IMG/VR virus record: IMGVR_UViG_3300037137_001673
Location: 11,971 to 75,970 of that record
Strand: one strand, 5' to 3'
DNA: 64,000 nucleotides
From: a virus
The translations under genes and the position numbers were made by a program. Within the stretch, counting starts at the first letter, position 1. Each line of letters starts with the position of its first letter. Below are positions 36,933 through 46,270 of the stretch, one piece after another. The notes beneath the pieces were generated by a model that was not told where the DNA came from, searched no databases, and saw nothing but the letters and a program-made list of their open reading frames with translations.

Positions 36933-37115
36933 TTAAGCTTCTGTTCCGTATTTATCTCTACAGAATTTTTCTGCTTCAACTACTCTTTCCTTTATTTTTT
37001 CGTAATCCATTCCAGCTACTTTGATACTCCAAGTATAACCTTTTGTATTTCTAGTAACTTCCATTGAGTGATAAGTTTCTCCAGCTTTTAAAGCTGCTTC
37101 ATAAGCATCAGACAT
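36933..37115 (-). CDS. hypothetical protein
   Basis: 60 aa, SD AAGGAG, own TTGACA promoter. Confidence 0.7.
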   Translation of the reverse strand: MSDAYEAALKAGETYHSMEVTRNTKGYTWSIKVAGMDYEKIKERVVEAEKFCRDKYGTEA

Positions 37116-37169
37116 ATAAGTCTCCTTTTTAATAGTATAATTTAATTATTTATTCTTGTCAAATAAAAA

Positions 37170-37420
37170 TAGCTGACGTAACGACGCCAGCTTATCGTTC
37201 GAACTTTCCCGAAAGTCATATGTCTTTCCATATGTCAAAAGTCTTTCCTTCTGCCAGACAAGTTGCGCTAGTAAAATAACATACTATACAGCAACTATGT
37301 CCCATTTTAACTTCAAGGTATACTAAGCACTGCTGTGACTTCCATGTTCAGAAACATCGCTATATTAGTAATAGGTTGTTTAACTGTGAAAGTAGCTAGC
37401 GTGGCGGTTCACCGAAGAAA
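37170..37420 (-). ncRNA. putative structured RNA, family copy A
   Basis: Shares ordered motifs with 49870-50180; ends in a hairpin plus T run. Confidence 0.55.
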
Positions 37421-37427
37421 TGGTTTA

Positions 37428-37499
37428 CGGGTTCACAAAGATTTGAACTCTGAACTTCTGGGTTGGAGCCAGAAATGTTGCCAATTACACTATGAACCC
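37428..37499 (-). tRNA. tRNA-Trp(CCA)
   Basis: TCTGG-CTCCAAC-CCAGA; TTCAAAT T loop. Confidence 0.9.
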
Positions 37500-37699
37500 A
37501 TTAGTGGAGGAACGGCTGACAAATAATAACTCACTTGGCAACCACCCCTCCAAGCCCCTCTACACCTAATAGCCGAAGCTAAATTCGGGACAAGGCATTT
37601 TGATTAACTTACAAATAATATAAGTCAATCTTTTAATCTCTAACTTCAATCTTTTCTCATAATTATTCTTTACAATATATATATAATAAATTTTTTAAC

Positions 37700-37950
37700 T
37701 AGGCGGCGGAATACCTGTAGTCATACTACACCTTTTCTTTGTATTAGGCCAGTTGTTTTAATAGTTTCCGTTCGTGGAAGCAGCACGGCTAGTCTTTTTC
37801 CTAGTAGTCAGGACCTGTTCTTTCGTGTGGGTTCCCGCACTCGGATACGATAACGGTTGTATCGGGCGATGAAATTTTTATCCTTCTAATTATTCATACA
37901 AGGTCGTCATTCCCTTTCGACTGGGCTTCTCAATTGTAGTGTGAGAAGTA
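37700..37950 (-). ncRNA. putative structured RNA
   Basis: GC-richer, ORF-free, several hairpins including GAC..CTAG-GAAAAAGA-CTAG. Confidence 0.4.
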
Positions 37951-38148
37951 GCACTTACTTCTTTCTCAAATCCTTCCATTCCTTTTTGGAAATGTAGGTA
38001 TGAGTTCCTGCTTTTACCGAACGTCTAGCAGCCTCATCATAAATACGGGTAATGTCTTTCGTTTCAATGTTCTTGATGCATTTCATCAGTTATTCCTCCA
38101 TGCTTTCTTTCATTATTATATCATAATTTTTGATTTTTGTAAAGTTTT

Positions 38149-38222
38149 TACTGGGAGAGAGATTTGAACTCTCATGACACTTATTTTGAGTAAGCGAAGT
38201 TTGCCAATTACTTCATCCCAGC
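38149..38222 (-). tRNA. tRNA-Leu(CAA), short variable arm
   Basis: GCTTA-CTCAAAA-TAAGT. Confidence 0.85.
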
Positions 38223-38476
38223 TTGTTATATTTTTCAAAAGCGATTTGTCCCCACCAAGTTCTTTTTTGTGCTTCTACTTGTTTTGAAATTATATGTTCT
38301 TCGATAATTCCTTTTTTCAAAGTTTCAAAAAACATTCCAGCTCCAGATAGAAATTCTTTTGCTCCTTCATATGGAGTTAAACTTGCTTCTTTGTATAGAG
38401 AAAAAATTATGTCATCTAATTTTACAAAAATTTCTCCACCTATATTTATATGAATGAAATTGTGGTCCATAGGCAT
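38213..38476 (-). CDS. hypothetical protein, stop codon inside tRNA-Leu
   Basis: 87 aa, SD GAGG. Confidence 0.6.
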   Translation of the reverse strand: MPMDHNFIHINIGGEIFVKLDDIIFSLYKEASLTPYEGAKEFLSGAGMFFETLKKGIIEEHIISKQVEAQKRTWWGQIAFEKYNKLG

Positions 38477-38490
38477 TTACTTTACCTCAT

Positions 38491-38577
38491 TGCGCAAGAA
38501 AGGAATTGAACCTTCACGCCCCTTACGGAACACGAGACTCTCATTCTCGTATGGCTACCAGATTACATCACTTGCGC
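38491..38577 (-). tRNA. tRNA-Leu(GAG)
   Basis: CGAGA-ATGAGAG-TCTCG, long variable arm. Confidence 0.85.
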
Positions 38578-38580
38578 GTT

Positions 38581-38655
38581 TGCGAGCAAAAGGAGTTGAA
38601 CCTTCAAAAAGTAGATTCTAAATCTACCGCGTCTAGCCAGTTGCGCCATGCTCGC
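38581..38655 (-). tRNA. tRNA-Leu(TAG), short variable arm
   Basis: GTAGA-TTTAGAA-TCTAC. Confidence 0.85.
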
Positions 38656-38660
38656 ATAAT

Positions 38661-39107
38661 TTAAAGATTTTCTAATTCGTTATTAAACCCATCGAAATCT
38701 GCTCTTTCAATTTTAAAAGCAATAATTTCTTTAAGATCAAATTTCTCATGAGAGTAAATAAATACAAATACAAAAGGGGAATCTTCTGTTGTAATTACTC
38801 TCCAGATATAACTTTTTTCTTTGAAGTAAACTAAATTAATAATTGAACCTTCTACTTTTTCAGCAAAAATTTTTGCTACATGAAGAACTCCTCCATTGGC
38901 AGAAATTATTTTAGTTCCCTCAACTTCGAAAACTCCGCTAACTCCATAATCACTTATAATGGTATTTCCACCATCAAAAGAATGATACATTTTGTCCCAT
39001 GTTCCTTGAAAAACTTTGTCAAATTCTTTAACTTCAACAATCTTTGGCTGAGAAAAAATTGTAAATGATAAGAAGAGGAACAATAAAATGGAAAAAATCT
39101 TTTTCAT
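38661..39107 (-). CDS. putative exported protein
   Basis: Signal peptide MKKIFSILLFLFLSFTIFS. Confidence 0.65.
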   Translation of the reverse strand: MKKIFSILLFLFLSFTIFSQPKIVEVKEFDKVFQGTWDKMYHSFDGGNTIISDYGVSGVFEVEGTKIISANGGVLHVAKIFAEKVEGSIINLVYFKEKSYIWRVITTEDSPFVFVFIYSHEKFDLKEIIAFKIERADFDGFNNELENL

Positions 39108-39120
39108 AAAAAATCCTTAT

Positions 39121-39195
39121 TAGCGGAGGAGAGATTCGAACTCTCACTGACATCCTTTTAAGGGACGTGCCTCCTGCCAGTTGGGCTACTCCGCC
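39121..39195 (-). tRNA. tRNA-Leu(TAA), short variable arm
   Basis: CGTCC-CTTAAAA-GGATG. Confidence 0.9.
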
Positions 39196-39851
39196 AAGTT
39201 AAAACTTACATTATTTTTAAACATTATATTTCTTATTCTAGCATAATTTCCTGCTTTAGGGGTTAATCCTGCTTTTATCAACAATTGTCTTATATTTTTA
39301 GTTTCACTTAATAACTCTATAATCTTTTCTTCACTTACCTGTATTTTACCTTTTCCTAAATTTCTCGCTCTAAAAGTATCAGATTGTGAATGACAATTAG
39401 GACAAAGAAATTCTAAGTTTTCTAATCTGTTGTCATTGTTAAATCCATTTTTATGCTCTAGTTCTAGAACTAATTTTTCTTCTTTCCAGATTCCTTCATT
39501 TCCACATTTTCTACATTTATATGGAATTAAGTTATATTTTATTAAATAATGTTTTAATCTACAAATTGCTATAAAAGAATTTGCTGAAAATATTTTATCT
39601 TTAGGAATTTTAGTTTTTATTCTTTCATCGTCAAAAAATGTTTTTCCCTTATTCCAACTAATTACTTTTTTAGTCTTTATACATTTTGTTAAATATTCTA
39701 TTGATGCTCTACCTTCTTTGTGAGCTTTGCTAAGCCCTTCACTATTTTTTTTTCTATTAACTGGACATTGAGTATTCCACTTTTCACAGGTATTTCTTCC
39801 TGACTTATTTATAAATCTTGCTTCTTTTCCACAACCATATTCGCATAGCAT
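39186..39851 (-). CDS. HNH homing endonuclease
   Basis: CRKCG...LELEHKNGFNNDNRLENLEFLCPNCHS; N-terminal CEYGCG. Confidence 0.9.
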   Translation of the reverse strand: MLCEYGCGKEARFINKSGRNTCEKWNTQCPVNRKKNSEGLSKAHKEGRASIEYLTKCIKTKKVISWNKGKTFFDDERIKTKIPKDKIFSANSFIAICRLKHYLIKYNLIPYKCRKCGNEGIWKEEKLVLELEHKNGFNNDNRLENLEFLCPNCHSQSDTFRARNLGKGKIQVSEEKIIELLSETKNIRQLLIKAGLTPKAGNYARIRNIMFKNNVSFNLAE

Positions 39852-39926
39852 AAACTGCCTCCAAAAGTATCTTTACTGGCAATAACTATATATGCTATAA
39901 CTATGCTCCTACCATTTTATAAAAAA

Positions 39927-39993
39927 AGGGATGTAAAGGATTCTAACCTTCAACTTACTTTGATGTAAATTTTTCTTTTAAACTAACATCCCT
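39927..39993 (-). pseudogene. degenerate tRNA
   Basis: GGGATGT/ACATCCC acceptor and GAAGG-TTAGAAT-CCTTT T arm intact; D and anticodon arms decayed. Confidence 0.55.
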
Positions 39994-40114
39994 ATCAAGA
40001 ACAACTCATTTTCAGTGAGGTCAAGATGCGTCCATCCTTTTACATCTTCACGTTCTAAGCCATTTAACCCATTGCTACGGAAGAAAGAGCGTTCTATCTT
40101 ATTTAACTTTCCTA

Positions 40115-40189
40115 GCCCGAAGTGTTTGAATCGAACAAACGACCGCTTGGTCTTCAGCCAAGCGCTCTACCAACTGAGCTAACTCCGGA
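40115..40189 (-). tRNA. tRNA-Phe(GAA)
   Basis: CTTGG-CTGAAGA-CCAAG. Confidence 0.9.
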
Positions 40190-40191
40190 AA

Positions 40192-40267
40192 GGGAGATTG
40201 ACGAGGATTGAACTCGCATGATTCCTTGCTCCACAGGCAAGTGGCTTACCATTAGCCCACAATCTCC
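40192..40267 (-). tRNA. tRNA-His(GTG)
   Basis: CTTGC-CTGTGGA-GCAAG. Confidence 0.9.
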
Positions 40268-40273
40268 AAGTAA

Positions 40274-40343
40274 GCCCTAGGTTAGAGTCGAACTAACTTT
40301 AATAGTTTACCGAACTATCGTTCTGCCGTTAAACTACAAGGGC
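40274..40343 (-). tRNA. tRNA-Thr(GGT), C33
   Basis: ATAGT-TCGGTAA-ACTAT. Confidence 0.85.
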
Positions 40344-40943
40344 ATTTTCTTTTATTTTTATTATTTCTATGTTTTTTATGTTTATTAAATTTTGATGTAT
40401 TTCTCTATGGCAATTAGAGCATACAAGAATACATTTATTTGCTTCTTCTATTAATTTAAACTTAGATTTTTCTAAACCATTACCACTTATTAAAAATTTT
40501 TTTTCATTTTTATTTTTATGATGAAAATCTAGAGCACTAAAACATTTATTGTATCCACAAACTTGACATTTACCCCCTTTTAAATCTGTTAATTTTCTTC
40601 TTATTTTTTTGCTTCTTGTATCTGTATATTTGTTAAAATTTTTAGCATTTATTCCATATGCTTGTGGACGATTTTTATCAAAGCATTCTTTACATAAATT
40701 TTCAGCACTTTTAGACATTCTACTACCACAAATTTTACAAATCTTTTTAATTTTTTTTATTTTATATCTATCTTCTTCATATCCTTTTTTAAGAGTTAAA
40801 GCTCTTTTAAAATTCATTTCATCCGATTGTATTCTTTTATTAGAACAACTTCTAGAACAAAATCTCAAAGGATAATTTTTTGTGTGGTATTTATCCTTTC
40901 TCCAATCTTCAAAAAATTCCTTACCACAACTTTCACAATTCAT
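40329..40943 (-). CDS. HNH homing endonuclease
   Basis: GGKCQVCGYNKC..ALDFHH...KCILVCSNCHREIH; N-terminal Zn fingers. Confidence 0.9.
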   Translation of the reverse strand: MNCESCGKEFFEDWRKDKYHTKNYPLRFCSRSCSNKRIQSDEMNFKRALTLKKGYEEDRYKIKKIKKICKICGSRMSKSAENLCKECFDKNRPQAYGINAKNFNKYTDTRSKKIRRKLTDLKGGKCQVCGYNKCFSALDFHHKNKNEKKFLISGNGLEKSKFKLIEEANKCILVCSNCHREIHQNLINIKNIEIIKIKENALVV

Positions 40944-41000
40944 AATTGAACTCTCCCATATATATATTTACTACATTCAATAATATATATGAGTTCAATT
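40944..41000 (-). promoter_or_regulatory. hairpin occluding the HNH ribosome-binding site
   Basis: Imperfect inverted repeat AATTGAACTC..CATATATAT / ATATATATGAGTTCAATT spanning the GGGAG SD. Confidence 0.5.
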
Positions 41001-41012
41001 CTACCTACTGAG

Positions 41013-42959
41013 TTATAGTAGCATTCTTTCACAATTATAAATATAGTTCCCATTTTTATAAGAGAACCAAACTACTTCTTCATACCAATCTTCCCAGTTT
41101 AACCACCTAATTTTAGAGCAGAGAATTTTATATTGAACCTCTTTTTCCACTAGCTCAATTTCAATTCCTCTCAAAATTGCTTGGTAACACTCCCATATAT
41201 TATAACTTAAATTTAAATTCTTGTCAAATCCTTGAAATGGTAGTTTTAAAAGAGTTTTATTTAATAATAAACTTTCGTGAAGTAGTTTTTCAAAACCAAA
41301 AGTATCTATTTTTGTTAAATAATCTGTAAGTATCTTTTCTGCTTCTACATAAAACTCATTTAATCTATTACTTTTAATTATGTCAATAAATTTATATTCA
41401 TCAGTAGGCCACCAGATATTTAACCATTCTTTTGATTCACAATGAGGAATTTCTCCATTTTGTGTTTCCAATGCTTTTTTAGTAAAAAAAGAAATTATTT
41501 CTTCAAAAATTCCTGTAGATTTATTTTCAGTAAAAATTTCAGCTAATTTTCTAAAACTTATTCCATAAAATTTATTTAGAATAACAAATGGAATTTGTAG
41601 AAGTTTATTAAAGTGTAAAAGAGAAATTACCCAAGCAAAAACTTTTGCCTTTATCCAGTCTTCTCTAGTTAAAGTATTTGTTGATGTTACTACTAATTCA
41701 TTTTCAAAAACTTCTTCTACAGAAAGACTTCCGTGCCGATTAACAAGTTTCTTTTCCATTATATCAAAACTATATTTTTCTTGATATTCAATTCTTCCCA
41801 TTTCAGCATTAGGGAGAATATTTAAATCTGAAAAAGTAATTCTGTTATGTTGTCCGTTTTCTATTATTTCTGAAATTCCATTTACATAAGAATCGTAAGT
41901 TTCTTCTGGCAGTCCTAAAATAATGTCTGTAAAAGCATCCACTCCAATGTTAGTTAATTTCTGTTTTACTTCTTTGAAGTGATTAATTTTCATATTTATT
42001 CTTTTTATTGCTTTTAAGGTATCTTCATTTGTAGATTGAAGGGAAAGAGAAATTGTAGTATTTAATCCAGCTTCTGCTAATAATTTGTAAGTATTATAAG
42101 TGTGTTCCTTAAAGTTTTTAGTGCTTTGAACTGATATTCCTTCTGGATAACCAAACTTTATTTTATTATCTGCTACAAATTTAATAATTTCATAATCTCT
42201 TTCCAGCATTCCAAAATTAGAATCACAGCAAGTTATAAACTCAATTTTATTATTCTTGAACCATTCTACTTCTTTATAAAGTCTTTCCATGCCAAAAGTA
42301 AAAACTCTATTTTGTGTGGCAGAACCCCAGTCACAATAAGTGCAAGAAAAAGGACAACCTCTATTGGTTTCCCAAAGAGCAATCCAATTTACTTTTGGAT
42401 TTGCTTTTATTAGTGGCTGGAAGATTTCTTCTAAAAATGGAGATGGAATACTATTTATTTCAAAAATTCTTGGAGGGTATTGAGAAAGTATTACTTCATT
42501 GTTTTTGTCTAAATAATTTATTCCGGAAATTTCTCTCCAGTTACGATTAAAAAGATTTTTTAAAATTAAAGTAAAAGTTATTTCTCCATTACCAAGACAA
42601 GCCAAATTAACTTGAGGATTTTCTCTTAAAAATTTTTCTACTTTATCACAAGAAATTCCTGGTCCACCAAAAACGGTTATTACATTAGAATCTCTTTTTT
42701 TTAATAGTCTTGCTATTTCTAAAGAAATTCTTGTATTCCAAGTGTATAAACTAAAAAAAATTATCTCTGCACCAGATAATTCTCTTACTGCTTCTTTTAA
42801 TGGAATTCTTTTATAGATTGGCAAAAGAAATTCAAAATCACTTACATTATCTAAATACTTTTCAGCATATGCTTGTAATAATCCTAACGAATATGGCAAA
42901 TACTCTTGATTAAAAAAAGAAGTATTTATCTGAACCATTCCTACTTTAATTTTTTGCAT
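41013..42959 (-). CDS. cobalamin-binding radical SAM enzyme
   Basis: N-terminal B12-binding domain (LPYSLG, SLYTWN, FGGP, GNGE); ETNRGCPFSCTYCDW CxxxCxxC; DIILGLPEET. Confidence 0.9.
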   Translation of the reverse strand: MQKIKVGMVQINTSFFNQEYLPYSLGLLQAYAEKYLDNVSDFEFLLPIYKRIPLKEAVRELSGAEIIFFSLYTWNTRISLEIARLLKKRDSNVITVFGGPGISCDKVEKFLRENPQVNLACLGNGEITFTLILKNLFNRNWREISGINYLDKNNEVILSQYPPRIFEINSIPSPFLEEIFQPLIKANPKVNWIALWETNRGCPFSCTYCDWGSATQNRVFTFGMERLYKEVEWFKNNKIEFITCCDSNFGMLERDYEIIKFVADNKIKFGYPEGISVQSTKNFKEHTYNTYKLLAEAGLNTTISLSLQSTNEDTLKAIKRINMKINHFKEVKQKLTNIGVDAFTDIILGLPEETYDSYVNGISEIIENGQHNRITFSDLNILPNAEMGRIEYQEKYSFDIMEKKLVNRHGSLSVEEVFENELVVTSTNTLTREDWIKAKVFAWVISLLHFNKLLQIPFVILNKFYGISFRKLAEIFTENKSTGIFEEIISFFTKKALETQNGEIPHCESKEWLNIWWPTDEYKFIDIIKSNRLNEFYVEAEKILTDYLTKIDTFGFEKLLHESLLLNKTLLKLPFQGFDKNLNLSYNIWECYQAILRGIEIELVEKEVQYKILCSKIRWLNWEDWYEEVVWFSYKNGNYIYNCERMLL

Positions 42960-42987
42960 ATAACTCCTTTGACTTTATTTATGCTAT

Positions 42988-43058
42988 AGCCATCTGCTAG
43001 AATCAAACTAGCATCTTATTTGTACGAAAAATTGATTTTATCATTAAACTAAGATGGC
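42988..43058 (-). tRNA. tRNA-Thr(CGT), degenerate
   Basis: GCCATCT/AGATGGC acceptor; loop TTCGTAC; weak AT-rich arms. Confidence 0.6.
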
Positions 43059-43200
43059 GTGAAATGTGTTATAAAACTTTATTAAAATAATGTTTAATTA
43101 TTGTCTTTTTTTCTTTAATGAGAAACTTTAGACTAGCAGTAAAATATCCAAGATAAAATGTCCCTGGAATAATTAAAAATAACCACCAAGGACTCATATT

Positions 43201-43506
43201 TTATTCCTTTTCAGCTATTTCTTCTGCTATAACAATTGCTGGACCAATTATATCTATCTTTTTATTGCTTACAGTAAATAGAATCATCACGTCTCCATTT
43301 TCACTTCTATCAGCTATGAAACACTTTCCAGTTTTTTCCCATAGAAGTTTTCCATCTATATTAGAATAAACTTTAATATTCCTAACTAGTCCTCCATTGT
43401 ATCCAGTATCCTTCTGCTTATTCCACATCGCCGTTTGGGATGGGTTACAAGCAATAAAACTAAAGACTAGCAGAATTGCTAGAACTACGAACAGGAATTT
43501 TCTCAT
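43201..43506 (-). CDS. putative lipoprotein
   Basis: Hydrophobic leader ending FIAC. Confidence 0.7.
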   Translation of the reverse strand: MRKFLFVVLAILLVFSFIACNPSQTAMWNKQKDTGYNGGLVRNIKVYSNIDGKLLWEKTGKCFIADRSENGDVMILFTVSNKKIDIIGPAIVIAEEIAEKE

Positions 43507-43772
43507 AACTTCTTTTCCTTCTTTTTGTTTATTTGTTTCTTGATTTCTTGGTTAATTGCTCCAAGTGGACTAGCTCCAAAAATCTTTGCTGGTATATACC
43601 AAATAGGCATTGTGATTATCGACCACTTCATTGTGAAGAAAATCAAATAACCTAGAGCGGGAATACACAAGAATGCGTAAGCCCACCATTGTGAGAATAC
43701 CCAAATGTCAACCTGAAAGGTTGCCCATAGGAAATTCACATACGCTAAAAGAATTTCCAAAAATTCCATCAT
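43503..43772 (-). CDS. membrane protein
   Basis: Hydrophobic 89 aa. Confidence 0.65.
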   Translation of the reverse strand: MMEFLEILLAYVNFLWATFQVDIWVFSQWWAYAFLCIPALGYLIFFTMKWSIITMPIWYIPAKIFGASPLGAINQEIKKQINKKKEKKL

Positions 43773-44245
43773 TTCTTCACCTCTCTTACAAATTCAAATA
43801 ATTTCATTATATTTTTAATAGGAGAAATTTTCTCCTCATTAAAAAATTCTTCTATATTCTCAAAATACTTTTTTACATAACCATCTACAAATCCATTTAA
43901 AATTACTTCAGAGTTTTTATTAAGAACCTTTTTTTCATAGATGGCCCAACTTAAAAAATTTGCTATATCTTTTTTTCTTTTGATGAAATTGTCAAATTGA
44001 ATAGTCCAGTAATCTTTTTTTCCAGTATAATGCCTTACTCTAATCCAGCCATTTATAGAAACTTCTTTTATTAGTTCTTCTCTAGCTTTTCCTTCCGTAT
44101 ATAATTTTTCTTTATATTTCTTGTAAGTGTTTTCTATTATTTCTTTAGTTATTCCAAATTTTTCAGGATGATAAATTATGTCACTGATATGACTATCAGT
44201 TGTCATGTCAGTTATTTCTTTATTTTTTATCCAATAACCTTTCAC
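43769..44245 (-). CDS. hypothetical protein
   Basis: GYWI...H...GWIRVR, a recurrent phage pattern. Confidence 0.65.
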   Translation of the reverse strand: MKGYWIKNKEITDMTTDSHISDIIYHPEKFGITKEIIENTYKKYKEKLYTEGKAREELIKEVSINGWIRVRHYTGKKDYWTIQFDNFIKRKKDIANFLSWAIYEKKVLNKNSEVILNGFVDGYVKKYFENIEEFFNEEKISPIKNIMKLFEFVREVKK

Positions 44246-44571
44246 TTTTTATTCCTTGCTTCATGCTCTTCCTTAATTATGCAGTCAGAACAAATACAAG
44301 TTTCTTCTGCTATTTCAATAGTAAGAAGTTTTTTGTCTTCTTTACTTAATTCTTGCCATAACTCTTTACCGCAAGAACAAAAAAATTTAACTTTTCCCAT
44401 TTTTTTCTTTCATTTCTATTTTAAACTCATTATTAAATGGAACGAAAACTGAATTAGTGCCAAGAACGGAATAAATCCAACCACCAGACACTCTTAAAAT
44501 TTGCATATTTTCATCAATTATTACTTGGTGAATTTTCATTCCATAGATGTTTTCCATTTGTTTTCCTTTAG

Positions 44572-44659
44572 TGGGCTGGGTAGGACTCGAACCTACGGTG
44601 TTTTGTCTGAGACGCTTGATTTACAGTCAAGGGGATTCGCCACTATCCTTAACCAACCC
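44572..44659 (-). tRNA. tRNA-Tyr(GTA)
   Basis: CTTGA-CTGTAAA-TCAAG, long variable arm. Confidence 0.85.
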
Positions 44660-45041
44660 TAAATTCTTCATATTTCTCATATAAGGTAATAGAATTTATA
44701 TTATTTAATTTTTCCACAGGTATAAAATATTCTTCGTCATCTTCCGTTAAAATAAATAGATAATCACAAGAATTTTTTTCAAATTTCTTAGCATAATTAA
44801 AACTTTGATTTCCTCCAGTGGTTCTTAAAGATGCTTTATAATTGCCATTAGATTGTTTGCTGGTGGTAGTTTTTACTTGTACTTTTAAAAGTTTTTTTTC
44901 TAATTCTACAATTAAATCATATCCTTGATTATCATTTAAAGGTATGCTTACTGTAATTCCATTACTTGTAAAATACTTTATAGCAGAACCTATTCCTGCT
45001 AATCCTTTGTCTTTACTATTTTTATGTTTTGAAAGTTTCAT
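44649..45041 (-). CDS. PD-(D/E)XK endonuclease
   Basis: VSIPLNDNQGYDLIVE...KVQVKTT; late motif 5 nt before the ATG. Confidence 0.85.
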   Translation of the reverse strand: MKLSKHKNSKDKGLAGIGSAIKYFTSNGITVSIPLNDNQGYDLIVELEKKLLKVQVKTTTSKQSNGNYKASLRTTGGNQSFNYAKKFEKNSCDYLFILTEDDEEYFIPVEKLNNINSITLYEKYEEFRVG

Positions 45042-45111
45042 AAATTTATCTTTACATAAGAGAGTATAATACTCTTTTTATACAGACCGCCGACAAAATT
45101 ATTTCCCAAAG

Positions 45112-45268
45112 AAAGATAGTCGCTTGCCATAGTTACATATTGTGCTAGCCGTTTATCTAACACACCACTTGTTAAAATGGAGCAAGCCCCTTCACACTTA
45201 ACTAATTCAAAATCTAGTAACTTGTCATTGTTGAATCAGAATCGCACTTGGGAGTCGACTATCTTTTT
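45112..45268 (-). ncRNA. putative rod-like RNA
   Basis: Ends pair over 11 bp (AAAGATAGTCG/CGACTATCTTT); internal hairpins; no ORF. Confidence 0.45.
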
Positions 45269-45270
45269 TA

Positions 45271-45355
45271 CGGAAGCGCAGCGATTTGAACGCTGAAAGG
45301 TTTCACCCTCGTCCGGGTTCAGACCGGATGGACTACCAGATTATCCCACGCTTCC
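45271..45355 (-). tRNA. tRNA-Ser(TGA), C33
   Basis: TCCGG-TCTGAAC-CCGGA, long variable arm, G73. Confidence 0.85.
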
Positions 45356-45441
45356 ATTAAGCAATTTTCTTTTTATCTTTCCGTTCTTTTTTCTCTTGTC
45401 TTTTTATTATACCAGATTTTTCTTTTTCTGTCAATTTTCGC

Positions 45442-46086
45442 CTAAGCCAATTTAATTTTTTTTCTTTTTCTATTTGCTTCACTTATTTTCTTTCTAGTTT
45501 CTTCTGAAAAAACTTGGAGTTTTCTTTTTTCTTTAATTTTTTGTTTAGTTTCTTCCGAGTGATGCTTACCAAACATATTATTTTCTTCACCAATTTTTGC
45601 TTCACTCATTTTCTTTTTACTTTCTTCTGAATGATGCTTGCCGAGCATACCATTTCCATTCTTCTTTTGTAGTTCGCTCATTTTCTTTATAGTTTCTTCT
45701 GAATGAGTTTTGCCTTCATGCGCTTTACTCATTTTCCTTTTACTTTCTTCAGAATGGGTTCTTTTTCTATTTGCTTCACTTATCTTCCTTTTATGTTCTT
45801 TGTGAAGGTGTTTGTTTTTGTGCCCTCCACTCTCAAAATTATATCCATTAGGAAAGATGCTATTACATTCTTGTATGTAATGCGTTTCCCAATAGTCAAG
45901 TTCTTTTTCTGGAACACTTTCTAATAAAAGTTTATCGAAATTATCACTTCCATATTTTTGTATTGCTTTTCCAGTTAAAGAGTTGGAATGTTGGTGACTT
46001 CTAAATCTTTTTTTAAAAGTTTGTGTTGTTTGTCCTATATAACACTTATCGTTTTTTCTATTTCTTAATATATAAATTATTCCCAT
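45442..46086 (-). CDS. GIY-YIG homing endonuclease with NUMOD3 repeats
   Basis: MGIIYILRN...YIGQT; HSEE repeats. Confidence 0.9.
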   Translation of the reverse strand: MGIIYILRNRKNDKCYIGQTTQTFKKRFRSHQHSNSLTGKAIQKYGSDNFDKLLLESVPEKELDYWETHYIQECNSIFPNGYNFESGGHKNKHLHKEHKRKISEANRKRTHSEESKRKMSKAHEGKTHSEETIKKMSELQKKNGNGMLGKHHSEESKKKMSEAKIGEENNMFGKHHSEETKQKIKEKRKLQVFSEETRKKISEANRKRKKIKLA

Positions 46087-46119
46087 ATATAGTCTCCTAT
46101 AACTATATATGTCGCGAGT

Positions 46120-46191
46120 TGCGGATTGTTAGAGTTGAACTAACGACTTTTTGCGTGTCGAGCAAATACTCTACCACTAAGTTAAACCCGC
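46120..46191 (-). tRNA. tRNA-Val(GAC), C33
   Basis: TTTGC-TCGACAC-GCAAA. Confidence 0.85.
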
Positions 46192-46194
46192 ATT

Positions 46195-46270
46195 TCGGAG
46201 TAGCTGGGTACGATCCAGCAAGTCTTCGCGTTCGAAGCGCGAGATTTTATCCAATTTAAACTATACTCCG
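46195..46270 (-). tRNA. tRNA-Arg(TCG)
   Basis: TCGCG-CTTCGAA-CGCGA; T loop ATCGTAC. Confidence 0.8.
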
